In this document: positions 50,301-64,000 of the stretch, piece by piece | How the letters are laid out: each line of letters opens with the position of its first letter | How positions within the stretch are numbered: position 1 is the stretch's first letter | Assembly: GCA_002633005.1 (NCBI GenBank) | Contig: NMRA01000013.1 | Span: forward strand, 1,908,403 to 1,972,402 | From: Phoronis australis | Lineage: Eukaryota; Animalia; Phoronida | Direction: 5' to 3' | Length of the DNA stretch: 64,000 bases | The notes under the pieces: generated by a model | What the model saw: the letters and a program-made list of their open reading frames with translations, nothing else | Database searches by the model: none | What the model was told of the DNA's origin: nothing | Program-made: the position numbers and the translations under genes

Positions 50301-53300
50301 TACCAAAATGCTGGCCATTCAAAAGGCTGTGCAACAGAGCTGTTGTTGATCTATGTACTTGATCTTTGTATATTCAGGTACCTTTTTTCACCATGTTTAA
50401 TGGGCAGAAATCTTTTGTGTGACCATTATGGCTGTGTTGTGTTATAGATTCATGGCTGTGTTGTGTTTTAAGTTCATGTTGTGCCTTAGCTAGAGTTTCA
50501 GAAAGATGAATTTCTCAACGTGTCTTTCATTTTCTACGCCAAAAATTCCACTGAGATGATAACTCCCCACATCGATAATTATTAGAAAAAATAGACTGTA
50601 AAAAGGAAGTCACAGATTTGTTTAGCCGACTTTATGAGTTAATAAGAAATTCTACGACTGCTTAACCGATTCTAATTAGAATTTCTGATTGATGCAATGT
50701 ACTTTTGTGGAAGACAAATGTGTGGTACCATGCTGCCTGTCCTATTGAGTAATTACATCTGCTGTGTCTTATCGAGTATATTATTACACGCCTTCAGTCG
50801 CAACAATTGGAATAATTATCAAACGCCACTGACATATTGGCTTTGCTCACAGTGCCCAATTTCCTGTACTTAGAGTATGTCGCACGTCACTGTCGCCTTG
50901 GCGATACGGTTCTGAAGCGAATTTCTTGCACACTAATTGTGTCGTCTCAGCAAACGCTGCTGCACTTCTGGAGTTGCTGGTCTGCCATCAAAAGACATGT
51001 TTCAGCTTTGTAGTTATAGTGAATTGACAGCCCAGAATTGTTGTGTTGACTAGCGAAGGATTTTTGTCCTACAGCCTCTTAATAATTTAGTACTTCATGT
51101 CTCAAGGTCTTCGGGTCATTGGCAATATGTAGCTGGCAATATGTAGCATTTTTCGTACTGTCCCTGAACACTGCTGCTGTTCCAGAACTGCCTATAGTGG
51201 TTGTGTGAAGTATTCTGGGTTGTTTCCTTGTCACCTGGTATCACTTGACAGTTACCAGCCTGTGTTAGTTGTCAGTTTGACCTAATGTCCTATAGATTGA
51301 TGTTTAACTTTTTCAATACTGGTTGTTAGGCCAAAGAAAAAGAAGTGGTTCTGGTCTGTGTACTTATGAAAATTGATACACCATGCCTTTTTTTTAAAGA
51401 AAGTCACCCGATTCCATGTTAAATAGGTGGGAAATTCCCAGGGAGTTCAAGAGATTTCTTTTTTTTTGTAAAACAGTGAGTTCCAGGTGTCAGATGTTCA
51501 GCAAAAGTACTTGAGTGATTTCAGATGAGCGATGAACTTTTCCCTTCTGTTTCAGGTCATAGTGTGTGCATGCTATCTTCTTGAAAATGACGGGAGGACC
51601 TGTTGAGTTGGGGGGTGGTGAGGGTGGGGTGGGGAGTGCTCCTTGAGGTTTGGTATGTCTACAGTCATGTGCGTGACGTTTTCCTTGCCTGGGACATCAC
51701 CAGCAACATATAACCCAACCACAGGGACCTTCTGGAAATTGGCATCCTACCCTGTAGTTGCCAGGCAGAAAATTTAAGCCATACCTTTCCCTCAACTTTT
51801 GATTAATTGGCCAAAAAGTGCATAAAATAGCATAGGGTGTTTTGTGAAAGAAAACAGCAATCCCATTTGATGAGTCTTTCCTGTCTCATTGAGTGAATTT
51901 CCTCAGAGCTGTTTGGTACTGATTGATATCTAACCGTGGATCTTGTTTTTGCAGTACAAAATGTAGTGGCCCTTGCCGTACGAAAGGAAGATGGAGAATG
52001 GATGGCGTCTCGTGTTGACAACGGTACACAGGTCATGATGAATATCAGCAAGGAATCGTCTTTCCAGGACAACTTCAACAAGACGTCCGTTCTATTTGTC
52101 TCCATTTCCTTTATTGTGCTGATGGTCGTCTCGCTGGCCTGGCTCATATTCTACTATGTCCAGCGGTTCCGCTACGTGCACGCCAAAGAGAGGCTCAGTG
52201 TAAGTACATACTGCTTGGACAGTACGACTGTAACGGCTCTGTATCAGTCACTTGACTGAGTGGCCAGTAGTTGTAACAGTGATCGAAAGGAACTGTTTCC
52301 GTGGCAATGGTAAATTATCTCCAGTTTAGGTCACAGTATGGCCGGCAAGTGAACTTTTTATAATTATTTTTTCTGTGAAATATATGTAGCCCCAAATTTA
52401 ACGATTTTTTCGTGTTTGAGTTTTGCACTACAGATACCACCAAGTAAAGTGTTCGAAGGCCTTGGAAAATGAAACAAAGGCATTTTTTGGCAATTATTTT
52501 TTGTCCGAAATTGGTGATATTTTCCATAGTGACGAGCCTGTCACTGGAGTTGTTGTAGGTTCTCTTAGGACATCAAGATGCATTTTTGTCTCCAATTGAG
52601 GCTTGTTGTTTTCCTTGTTCAAACTCTAACACATAAGATTTTGTCGCTGTGAACGGCATGTTTTTTCATGAACAATAACAGTTTTAATCTCAAGATGGAA
52701 TTCTCATTCAACCATTTGCTAGACAAAACATTAACTGCATGAGCAATTTCAGTATTGCTTTATATAAAAAGCGAGTTCCTTGTCAGGTGTGAATATGAAT
52801 TGGTAAGCTACTGATGGATTTCAGTTCACAACCTTGCAGTCCTGTGTGACAATATGAATTTCATTGCATCTTATAGTGACGTTTTGCTTCTCCTGAAAGC
52901 TTCATACCAACTATGGGGCTTTTGCTCTGAAATCAGTCGACATCTGTTTGCGCTAGTGAATGTTCCTGTTCCAGGCAGATGGAGCTGAATCATTAAGAGT
53001 TCCGTGCCTGGATCACGGAAAGAACTTTTAGCATGTTTGACAAGTAACTTTGTCACCGTTCTGCACAACGCAAGGATGAGCTCAACTTCCTAAGGATGAA
53101 AAAATAGATTTGATGTCCGATTTTTGTTTTTTATTAATTAATGTTATGTAAGTCCTTATCTACTAGTCTATGTTTATAGCCAAATATCTGCAACACCATA
53201 GGTTTTAACTCTGGCTCAGTAAACAAATATGTTTCTGAAATTAGGAAACCTAACTGTTTTCTTAATTAGCATTCTATTTACGTTTTATGCAACTTTTGAT

Positions 53301-56300
53301 TTTTTTTCATAAAAATCGTAAAAATTCTAGTTTTTCATAGCCCCCGATGCAAAAATGGAGCATTTTAAAAGCAATTTCTTGCAGAGTTTTTGGAGAACAG
53401 TGCACAAAGATTGATACCTGAAAGTTTTATATGAATCCGATAAGCCATTTTTGAGATTTGATGTTCCAAAGTTAGTCAAATTTCGTTATTTTTCGCGGTT
53501 CCTACGTAACCGTAAGCACTGTGGGCTTGAGGCTCAAATGGTGGTTAACTGTATGTTTCACTAAAAGCAACTTTAAAACTGGAATATTTAGAAATTTGAA
53601 AGAACAGACAGTTTGTGATTGCTTGAGACCAGGCTCCACAAGTTGACTTTTCAGGTGTGTTGTTTTGTGCACAGAACATGGTTTCAACTGGTTCACCTGC
53701 CAGCTGAGTAAGGAACAAGTGGAGGTCAATTTTGTTGTAGGAAGTGGTCTAAATCAAAAGTTATCCTCCTTGATGCAGCGCAGGGTTGTAGCCACTTTAA
53801 CATGAACCTCTACTCTGCAATGGCATGTAGTATCGCGCAGCTATCAGGGTCATCATATTTAGATATCTGACCACTTGCCAGAATTTGTTTCGATGCCAGC
53901 ATGGTAAATACCGCTACTTTAAGTGCAGTCAGCAGCACTGTCGAACAGGTGTGATGCGACGCATAATTCTATCATGCCATCGCTATTGTCATTGGGCTGT
54001 CGTGAATTAAAACAAGCTCTGTACTGTAAATGGTTAAGCTGGGTTGATTATTATGCATGCAGAGTTATTGGGTAATCTCGTGTTCAACACACTGCTGAAA
54101 CGCATGAGGGCGATCAATCCAAGTATATTTTAATGTGTGGTTAAAGGAACATTAAACCTTGATCACAAAAGTAAATAGATATCCACTTAATGAGTGGCTT
54201 GCATTACGTCATGAAAATTTTTGATTTAGCGCAATTGTCAGCTGAGCACCGTGCTTCTTGAAGATTTCGACCCCGCTCATGATGTCTCCACACGGTGGGT
54301 CCGCACCGTGTGGAGAGATCCTGAGCTTTAAGGGACGAAATCTTCAGGAAGCACGGCGCGCAGCTGATGATTGCAGTTGGCCATGGAGCACAACCATTTA
54401 TTTTTGTGTGAGTAATTCTTCTTTTACTTACTGTATGAAATTGGCCTCAAGTCATTCCTTAGTCAAAGTAGATAAGTGAGCTTTGAAAGAGCGGATGGAT
54501 TGTTATTGCCAGAGACAAGTCTCTGCTGCTTGACTTATCGCGCCGTGATATTTGGTTCGCCAAGGAATGACTCGATTAAAGACTAACTATCAATTCGTTT
54601 CAAGGTCAAAAATAACTCCTTATCTGATTAAATATCAATTTGAGGCAAATTTTGTCACTTTTAATGATCTAAATTAAAAAGTTATTTTTGAGGAATGCAA
54701 GTTAATTGTCCCTTTCAATATTTGAAATAACTTGAGGCAGTGTTGGCATCAACAATCAAATATTTGAAGCCAGATTTATTTGCGCTTCAAGGTAGCTGAT
54801 TGGTGACTTTGGGGAAAGAACACCAACTATGAACGACAGGAGTCACTGTGGGAGAGGCCAACAAGGCCCTTGATGCCCCTTGTTTCAGCCCCCATTCCGC
54901 TATCAAAACTATTAAAAAACCATGTAACATTCCCCTCATCAGGTCAAAAAATTCCCCTCATGGTCTTAACCTCAGACAATCTAAAAAATATATTCAAATC
55001 TTCCAACTTAAGTCATGAGTCCGCCAGATGGAAACGTCACAAACTGCCACATACAGGTGTGCTGAAACCAGTTTTGCGTTATTTCGCTCTTGTGTATCGA
55101 ATGAGCATGTTTAACACTATATTACACTGTTGTGAGAGATTAAAAACATTGTTTGAGTATATACTTTTGTCAAAACTTAGGATTGGTCATGAAAGTCCCT
55201 GTTTGAATTAATTTCATGTAACATTGTAAAGTTACGACATTGTAGTGAAACGGAAGAGCTCTGAGCGAGTTAATTTCATATAGCACTAAAGCTGTGTTTG
55301 TCTTGTTTAGCTTGCTAAAAATTAAAATTATATTAGACCTTTTAGTTTAAAAAATTGGTCTTAATATTCCTTACTGTGATAGGATTCTATTTGTGTTGCC
55401 TACAAGAACATTGTAGATGACACATATATCGACACTTGAGTTGAGAACGGGAATGTAATCCTATCAGGCTAAAGAGTATTATAAGACAAATTTTATGTGA
55501 GAGTAAAAAGCGGAATTAGATTTTCATTTTCAGCCAGCTAAACAAGGCTAAATGCTGAGCTTTTAGTACTATGCCAATTTAACTCACGCAGAGATATTGT
55601 TTCACTACAATCTTGTAATTTGAAGACATTAGTTAAAATCAATCGAAACGAGGACTTTAATGACCAGTCATAAGTTTTACTGCAATTATATTAATTACTG
55701 GTAATTTTTTATCATTTGATGATGAGGATTAAACAAGAAGTTATTAAACTAAGTTCCGTATTTACTAAACACGGACAAGACACTTCTTAACTCAAGCCCC
55801 ATGCTGTGCAATCGGGTCAAGCCAAAAATGACTTTCAAACTTGAAGAAGGTAAAGTCTGACCAGATTAGGACACAAAATCGCGGGCTGGTGAAATTTTAT
55901 TTTCTCATTGTTTTCATAAAAGATATTTAGTGTCAAAGTAGTGCTCTGCCATTTTCCAAGTTGCGTACCACAGCTATCACCGTATGATATTTTGAAAAAT
56001 TGTGAGCATTCGCGGCAGTGTTAGAAGTCCTTGAAAATGAAAAAAGGAAATTTTGGAAATTGTTTTTGTCTGAAATGAGTTGGATTTTACCATAAATGAA
56101 GTGCTGTGGCAAATGATACCGTTAAAGTGAGCAAGGTATTACATAGAGTAGATAGTGTTGTCATGGGGAATTATGACCGCTAACTTTTCATATTAAAAAA
56201 TAAAAAGAAACAAAATAAGGGTTCCACCCCTGAGTGAAAACCGTCAATGAAGGTTTTTTAAAGATCGTGCTACACTCAAATGAATATGGATGTGCCTAAA

Positions 56301-59300
56301 CATGCCAAGATTGCCTCTGGCCTTGGGTACAGTCAGTTAAATGAGTTTACCCAAATAGGTTAAGATTTGTTACTCATTCCTGGCTTTGGGTATAGCGGAA
56401 CATGCCGAGATTTACCGCTGGCCTAATGGGTACATTCGAATGAATGTGGTTAACCCAAATTTTTATTGACTTGAGATTTCTCAATAGTTTAGTTCAATCA
56501 AACCAATTTCCTTGTACTCAAGAGTGTATGTCAGTTGGTCTAACTGGAATCCTCAGGGGCTCTAAAATAAAAGACCACCGACTTTTTTGTTATATTTTCC
56601 TTTTGGTGATTGAAGTATGTTCGAAATAGTAACACGTTTTTAATATGTTTAATGCACAATGAAAAGACTGTACTCAAGTGATTAGTCAAAAGACCATCTT
56701 GAATGTGAATATCCATGGACTTGACATTAACAACTATGACACACTTTGAAATCCTACCTTTTCCTGACATTTGAATATCGCAATCAACAAACTGTCGTGG
56801 GTAATTGAGTTGAAGAACACCTTGTGGTCTGGTGTAATGTAGGCGTAGTCGGTAATTATGAGCAGAATTTCTTTCCTCTTGCAGAGAGCTGAAGGGGGAA
56901 GGTATAACAATAATAATAGTAATAATAAATAACAAGAAAAACTTTATTTGCATCTCTTTTATGTTACGTACATACAGATAAAAACAGAGTCGGTGTGTCT
57001 TTCCCGACACGTTAGAGACCAAACAATTTATATTTAGAAGTACTGGTGACGTCGGTACCTTGTAATTTAATGCCATTTATGGGCATTTGTGAGAACAGTC
57101 CCAATGTTTGTGTAGATGGCCTGTCCACTTTCATAACAAGTGCATTTATTAGCTTACTGTATTAATGCAGACTCAGAATCTCCAAACTCTAGCTTAAGTT
57201 TAATTATTAAATCGAAATGAGAGTTTTAGATTTTACCGATTAAGTCGATATGGCTTAGGCAGAAAAATGCATTATTAAAGTCACATTTTGATGACCACAA
57301 CATAAGGTTCAAGTTCATAATTTAAATATCAAGTTTTTTCATAAAAGGTACGCATCACCAAATATATGCTTCATAATTATCAAGTTTGGCTTTGCCCTTG
57401 ACAGGGACATTGAATTTGTAACTATAGTGAACGTAGTCTAAGTAGGTTTCTCGGAACTGCCAGGGACATTGAACCTGTAACTATGACCAACTTGATCTAG
57501 GTACATTTGTCGGAACTGTCAGGGACATTGAACCTGTAACTATGGCGAACATGATCTAGGCACATTTGTCGGAACTGTCAGGGACATTGAACCGGTAACT
57601 ATGGAGAACGTGGTTTAAGTACGTTTATTGGAACTGTACATTAATGAAGTTACAGCAAATGTAACTATGTAGTAAGTTTCTGAAAAGTAAAAATCTGGCT
57701 AATTTAATAAATATTTTTGTCTCCCAATTGAAGATTTTTCACGATAAGTAAGGCACTGAACAGCCGAATTACGTTTGTCTTGAGTCTATATTGAAGATTG
57801 GATATTTGGGCAAGTGGTTGATTGGATTAGACAGTTATTTTATTAGATGGGACGGCACGTTGAGTAGTATGCTTTAATTCTTTGGGCCCGCATTCGGTGA
57901 CAGTTACTTGTGACGTGGTTCAAGTGCAGGTATTAATCTGGTGTTGTCATGGTTTCAAAGGATCGTTTATTGCATTGCATTGCAGTGCTTTGTTTCTCTA
58001 GAATGCTAATGATCTTTATGTTGTTAACATCAAAACCATAGCATATAGTGATACCGCATTTTGTTTGTTCGTGAAATTATATTAAGATGATAAAATCTTA
58101 CGTATTTTGGACAAAAATAATTGCCTTTTATATTTTTCAAGGGCTTCTAACATAATGTTATAAATACCCAAACTTTTTTTAAAGAAAAATGTCTCTGTTA
58201 GTAGTAACTATGGTCCAGAATTTGAGAAGGCATTATTTTGATACTACATAATGTTTAATCATGGAAAAATGAGAAAATAGATTTTCACATGTCTGTCATT
58301 GTGTTCTAAATTGGTGAGATTACCTTGGTTCATCAAATCGTCTTATAGTTTCAGGGTTTTGTCTGGTCGTAACATGTAAGGGTAAAATGAAAACAAGGTG
58401 ATATTGGAAATTATGGTTTCTGCCTGCTGTACAGACATTCATTGACAATTCCGATGCTATTCATGACTTGATATTCACCTGACAACTAGTGTATCTGATC
58501 AGAACTAACTGCTGATGAATGCTAGTTGGAGGACTGACTTGAAACAGTAGTAAATGCTACGCTTGTATCCAGTGGTTTGTGTTCTGCTTTCAGAGACGTC
58601 TTGCCGGGGCTGCTAAGAAAGCGATTTCAAAGATTCCTCTTCGAACCCTCAAGTCGGGTGACATGGTGAGTTCATGATTTTTGTGCTTGCAGGAAATGGG
58701 CCTGCCATAATGGGCCTTCCATAACGGGCCTGCCATGATCTGCTGATGGAGTGAAAACAATCTTGATATGCTCCTGGATCACAAATGTCATTTACAGTGT
58801 ATTAAACTCTCACTTGTCAAAACAATATTTGATTGGAGCCACTTACTGTCAGTATTATCTTCTGTATACAGATCAGTTTTGTTGTCCAGGCATGAAAATA
58901 TCTCACAGTTCATTAGCTCTTTTGTTGTGTTGTCTTAATACATTCTGGTCTCATTTACCAAGCTATAATCCTGGAGAAAGGGTTCCTGTAATGACAACAT
59001 CTTGTGTTGCTTATTTGGTTCCATTTTTTCACTTTGCCCTGTAGGAGACACTGCCAGACGCTCAGCAGTGCGCTGTATGCATCGAGAATTTCACTGCATC
59101 CGAGGTGGTACGAGAGTTGCCCTGCAGGTAAGTGCTGGCGGCTTCCGGCTTGGCCTTACTTTTAAACGTCGCAGACGCATGACCGTTTAGACCTATATGG
59201 CTGCATGTGAAGCTACTCCTCTGAGTTTCAAATTGGGTATTTTGTGTAATAGTGGTACCGACCTAAGTAAAAGACAAAAGTAATTTGACAAAAACTGTTT

Positions 59301-62300
59301 TCCCACCGTGACGGCTAATCTTGTTAACAGCAAAAATTGCCGGTAATAACTTTTAAGGCATCAAAATTCTAATTACAGACTGGCGTAGCCACCTCACTAA
59401 CTATTCTCTTTCTTTCTCGATCTGGAGGGAAGTATTGTGATGATGAATTTGCCTTCCGCCCAGCCTTCGTGATGTATAATTCTGGATCATTTTGTCTGAA
59501 TACTTTTGTCTTGTACTCTGTGTGTCCTACGTACGTCTGATGCAATTTAGTCATTGGGCTGCCACGTCCAATCTGTTTTTATAGGAAGTGAGATGAAAAA
59601 CACGCAGGCTTAGGTGAAGTTATCTGTTACAGTAGATGGTGACAATGGTGTACATTGAGACTCTTGACTGCATCTGTGCCAATGCAGCTACATGCAAAAC
59701 AATTTCAAGACTTTTTAAAACTTGAGGATATTCATTCACTGTGTATTTAGTAATAGGGCTTAGGTAGGGTATGGTGAAATCTCACCAGTTAAAGACCCAA
59801 TATGGTGAACAAGAACATTACGCAGTACCAAATGGACGTTTTTCCGTGTTCAAATTCTGTAGAACAGACAATATTTTGAGAAAAATTATGGGTGTACGGA
59901 GCAATGTAAGAAGCCTTCGAAAGTTGAAAAAATGCTAATTTTGGCAATTATTTCTGTCCTAAAGTGGCGAGATTCCACCGTAATTCAATCACCTGTCATG
60001 GTAGCTGGGTAAAATTTCCAGTTAAAATGCACCTCCACATGCTAGTGAAATCTTCAGGCGAAAATGTATGAACTGTGCAGTTTGAAATAATCCTGTAAAA
60101 TGGAAAATGTTCCTAGTCTTGGTCAGCACACCCATGTCTGGGAGTAGTGCATATGGTTATTGTTGTCTGTGCTCTGTTCAATATATTTTCCCATAGAATA
60201 TTAAACCTCTCATTAAGCAAGGGGATATTTGTTTCTAATCTAAGCCAGAATCACTTTACGTCTCCTTGTTTCATTGCTTGTATTGATTAAGCATTTGTCA
60301 TCCTCTCATAGCCTTTGTATTTAGTATCACGGAAAGCTGAAAGTAAGTGGAGATTGAAGAGATGCTGATTTTGCTATTTCAAAAATGGAGAAGTCCAGTT
60401 TTATTAGCAATCGTAAAATCCCATTTTTTTTAAACTAAAAAAATCGTTAATTAATATCTCATAAAAGTGACCTGCCTTACCTTTTCTGCTGAGTTATAGC
60501 GCAGGTCTGTTTTACAGATGCTGTGTACCATGTCTGATGTTTCTCAAAACCCAAACTAAAATAATAGCACTACCTTTAGAAAGACTGGACAAACTACCTA
60601 AACATGTCGTATGCTAAATGATTGTTGTTTGGTTGGAGATCAGAATGGGTTACTGTTATTTGTTTTGGTAATTAAAAAACAAAAGTATTGTCTGCTACTG
60701 AAATATACGACTTCCGTTCAAAGTCTCTTAATTCTGTGTAAGAAGTCAGATTCTACTCGTTTTCTGTTTTCTCAGAAAACCAGGGTCTCTGTGAATGTCT
60801 GAAGTAGCTGTCACTTACAATTAATTTATAATGAAAAAATTAAAGTCTGTCCACTCATTCATTGTTTCGACGACTTTTACTAGTTTATGAACAAATTTGC
60901 TATCGATGTCAATTCTAGAAAAAAATATCAGATACGGAATGTAATCTTAAAATCTCGAGACCATGTCACATTGGTTGTGCTCTAACCAGTCGGTGAGTTT
61001 CTACTGGCTTGACACCATACGCTAACCGTCATTGCACCGTCTTTCAGACATCTATTTCACAAATCTTGCGTCGACCCATGGTTGCTGGATCAGAGAAGTT
61101 GTCCTATGTGTAAGATGGACATACTGAAGGCGTATGGACTAACTGTGAGTTTGATTATTGGGCAGTTCTCAGATGATCCTTTGTTTCCCCTCGCTTCCCT
61201 CTGACCTGTATGTTGGCAGGTGGGCTTGATATTTTCTTTGTCTATTTTCATTTTTGGGATGTACGATGCTCCAAAAATATTGATTTCGCTTTTAACAATT
61301 GAAAGAAATCTTTTTTCCAGAATGCAAATACTGGCACGAGGGGAAACAACGTAATTTTAATTATACCTTGTTGTGCCATTTCCTGTGATTTGTCACCTGA
61401 GAAAACAATTATGACTTTTTGATTTCACTAATTAAATATACTTAGGTAATAATTGGACACCTGTGCTTGCGTCAGATTTCTGGGCAGAGCTTGGTTATTA
61501 ACACCTGTGGCCTGTTTTATCAAATGTTGTTATGTCTAGTCTTAGATAAGACGGTGATTTAAATTTGCACACAATTCATTAACTTTATGCCTTAATAATG
61601 AACATTTGTCAGTTGCAATGTTTTACTATAATAGCATGAATATACACTGTCATATTTATATTAGTGTGTCTACGGCCATCTTGACTGCAATGGGACTGAC
61701 GACATTTCGTAAAATGGTCCGCTGGTGTATTGAATAGACTGTGTGTAGTGTTCTTAGTGGAGAATGAGATTGCTGGGCAGTAAAAACGCATAGGTCATTC
61801 TCGTGTTGCGTTGACGATGTGAAACTTAATATTATGCTTGTAAATATTGACTTTTGGCATCATTTTGAAATGAGAAAACGGCAAATCTGGGTTGCATAAG
61901 ACACCAAAACGTCTGCATCTGATGTTTTTGGTTATGCTGTCATATCAATAACATTGCTTAACTTGAATGACATCATTGTGATCTTTCTAGTTAGTATTTA
62001 AGTTTATTTGTAACTCTGGAGAATAGTCCAAATTTGGCCTACTTTAGAAACATCATTTCTCAAAAATCATTGTTTTCCAAAACACTTTTTATGTGCCTAC
62101 ATAAACATAATATCATGTGATCACATATTGTCATCACTTTGTCCAAGGGTCTGGATGTGTGTGTCTGCTCAATATCTCATAAACCCCAGATCAGATTTTG
62201 TCGAAATTCAGCTTAAGAGTGTAGGGCATCATTAGAATGATTCGTTCCACTTCTCAATCTGCCCCGTCCGACCAGGGTCAGGGGGAGTGGCTTTTTACGT

Positions 62301-63178
62301 AATTTTGGGCAAAGGGCATTTCTGGATGATATCGAAAGTACGTTGTTCTTGTTGAAATTCTTCTTAAAATGTTCCACTTTTGCTTAAGGGCCATAAAAGT
62401 TGGACTTAAGTATTTTCATGCCAAGACCATCATAAGTTGCATTTAGTAGACCCTAATTATTATTATTAGGTGACTGTAATATGGGTTTTGAGATTTAATC
62501 TTGCCAAAAGAAATGCCATATGTTTTCGACAAAGTTGTTTGTAATGAATCTGCTTTTCTTTAATTTTTCTTAAAATAAATGACTGTGACTTAATTAATAT
62601 CTGATAGCTAGGTATTGTAGCATTTCTGCTTGAAGAAGTATGAATTAGTGCTGAGTCAAATTATACAAGTTTTTAGATAATTGGCTAAATGGACAAATTG
62701 TGGATTATGTAATAACCTTAATAACGGAACAAGAACAGTTTATGGCTCCAAAATATGATTTTGTTTGTATGATTTTGCGAAATGTGTTGCTCAAAACAAC
62801 ACTTTTTGGTCACAGGTTCCTGGTGTGCCGGCTAAGACTGCTACGGATGACCCTATCGAGATCACATCAACACAAAGTCCTGAGGATTCAGTTGATCCGA
62901 TCCGTTCCATACACATGGTTCACGTTGAGTCTGGCGTCATATTCCACCATCGGCAAGAGAGCCTTGGCTCTCCCAGCAGTAGCTGTAGGGGTGAACAGTT
63001 GGACGTGACGCGAAAACGCAACCCGTCCAGTGATAGCAATGCTAGTCACTTGAGCATAAAGTCGCATGCATCGGGTTCCGAGTTGGAGTCATTGATTCAC
63101 GTCAAGAATGCCTCTTTGAACTGCACCGTTGCTGACCAGGACAGCTCGGTTATAGCGACAACTCACACGGAGATTTGA
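32366..63178 (+). CDS. RNF150: Goliath-family PA-TM-RING E3 ubiquitin ligase (RNF150/RNF130/RNF149/RNF128 group), about 437 aa
   Basis: Exons 32366-32819, 51955-52199, 58594-58665, 59045-59127, 61048-61144, 62816-63178 (1314 nt, GT-AG, in frame). Signal peptide; PA domain ([32 protein letters not shown]); Goliath TM signature [64 protein letters not shown]; RING-H2 CAVCIENF...[35 protein letters not shown]. It is probably a co-orthologue of several vertebrate paralogues, so the symbol is approximate. Confidence 0.95.
34340..34500 (-). repeat. Interspersed repeat; inverted copy at ~40240-40400 and a more diverged copy at ~19600-19830
   Basis: The reverse complement TAATGACAGATTGGCATTCAAAGTCAAAAATCAAATTCTACAGGCTTTCTACTTT matches TAGATGGCAGATTGGTATAAAGTCAAAAATCAAATTCCACAGACTTTTTACTTT at ~40258. 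Confidence 0.65.
37485..37656. repeat. Minisatellite, 27-bp unit x ~6
   Basis: AATTTCAG(T/C)GACCCTTA(A/G)TAAGTGACC repeated head-to-tail with no spacers. Confidence 0.95.
39998..40098. repeat. (CCCT)n microsatellite spanning an N gap
   Basis: CT-rich repeat on both sides of the N run at 40030-40066. Confidence 0.9.
42075..42159 (+). repeat. Dispersed repeat fragment (copy of 31101-31184)
   Basis: Near-identical ~85-bp match. Confidence 0.9.
42392..43856 (-). mobile_element. Internally deleted, non-autonomous piggyBac DNA transposon with transposase relic
   Basis: TTAA at 42388-42391 and 43857-43860. TIRs are CCCTCTTGCTGCC and (reverse complement) CCCTCTTACTGCC. The minus strand at ~43580-43120 gives, across frameshifts and stops, an acidic N-terminus ([13 protein letters not shown]), then [38 protein letters not shown] and PVSPDDIY, resembling the PGBD N-terminal region. 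Confidence 0.8.
55165..55690. mobile_element. Fold-back MITE with about 170-bp degenerate inverted arms (RNF intron 2)
   Basis: AAAACTTAGGATTGGTCATGAAAGTCC...TTGTAGTGAAAC...CTTGTTTAGCT (~55170-55320) is the reverse complement of AGCTAAACAAG...GTTTCACTACAA...GGACTTTAATGACCAGTCATAAGTTTT (~55535-55680). Confidence 0.7.
57402..57637. repeat. Minisatellite, 59-bp unit x4
   Basis: CAGGGACATTGAA..GTAACTAT...GGAACTG starts at 57402, 57461, 57520 and 57579. Confidence 0.9.
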
Positions 63179-64000
63179 TGACTCTGGAGTTCAACCACTG
63201 CATTATGCCGATTTGTGCTATGTTATAAGAGGAGTGTGTGTTGTGGGACCTGGGAAACGCCAGAACTCAACTGCAGCATATCGGTGAGCCTGCTTGAGAA
63301 GATGGAGCATGTACAAGAGTAGACTGCATCAAGTCTAACTTCACTGATTGTTGACTTGTGTGACTGTGTAATCAATGCAGCATTGTATAATAAACATCCC
63401 CTAATTATCGATTCAAAGGTGGCAATAATATGAATATTATTTCGCTATGCATCTGCCTTCTGGTTTTGTTTGTTACTTGTTGAAATCAAAATGGGATTCT
63501 CGTTTTTGTGAGCATAATATGGTTCGTTATGACGCGTAGTTTATTGTCACGGAGGATATTGAGTGTTTGGAAATGCTCCGTTTTTAAAAGACCATACCAT
63601 GTATTGAATTATGATTTCTGTCAATTTTTTTTGCTGAAAATAGTCTTGAATGTAGACAATTTATGCTAGTGTTCAGCTGTGTAGCCATTCTGTGAGCTTC
63701 TTCAGTTAGTTTTACCATTGCTTGATGTCAAGTTTCTTAATTTAAACACTCTGTGTTTTAAGCCGAACAGATGAGGTAATTACCCCATGGTAGCTTTTGC
63801 CAGGAATAGGCGAACTGCACTTTGGTAATGAACTATTGGATGATTGGTAGTTTTTTATATTGTGTAAGCCATTATCCATGCAAGAACGGGCTCTAAGTGC
63901 TATGGTGATGAGTTTGTGTAATGGTTACGTTGGCATGGCAACATCAAAGTACCACATATGGATAAAAGCTTTCCAAGCATGAGTGAGAGAAGTTAGGTCT

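Noticed and set aside
32820-51954. Possible nested gene in the 19-kb RNF intron 1
   Set aside because: I found no phase-consistent exon chain or recognisable protein on either strand other than the piggyBac relic. Small exons could be missed by eye.
56540-57076. 178-aa minus-strand ORF in RNF intron 2
   Set aside because: There is no recognisable domain or convincing exon structure, and the composition is typical of AT-rich chance ORFs.
57402-57637. 59-bp periodic array with conserved and variable halves resembling repeat-spacer structure
   Set aside because: The variable halves are homologous to each other, so it is a diverging minisatellite rather than acquired spacers.

Overview
This is eukaryotic (metazoan) AT-rich genomic DNA with GT-AG spliced genes, so most entries in the supplied ORF track are spurious. 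Walking splice sites by hand gives four phase-consistent gene models. (1) A voltage-sensing phosphatase (VSP/TPTE family) on the minus strand, running off the left edge before its catalytic CX5R exon. (2) ANKLE2/LEM4, head-to-head with it, 11 coding exons, about 782 aa. (3) A small orphan-looking type I membrane protein, about 201 aa: signal peptide, truncated plus full EGF-like modules resembling the IMPG/mucin juxtamembrane pair, a TM helix, and a tail with YxxPhi and a terminal T-x-L PDZ-type motif. (4) A Goliath/RNF150/RNF130-family PA-TM-RING E3 ligase, 6 coding exons, about 437 aa, with a 19-kb first intron. Non-coding DNA contains an internally deleted piggyBac element with TTAA target duplications, three related ~100-125-bp hairpin elements inside ANKLE2, several MITEs, a tRNA-derived SINE fragment, minisatellites and a probable assembly-artefact duplication. 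The most interesting observations are the 3-arginine S4 of the VSP, the mini EGF-TM-PDZ gene and the hairpin family. The organism is probably a marine invertebrate, possibly a non-vertebrate deuterostome (inference only). There is no CRISPR array or other prokaryotic system. All comparisons to named proteins are from recalled sequence, not database searches.
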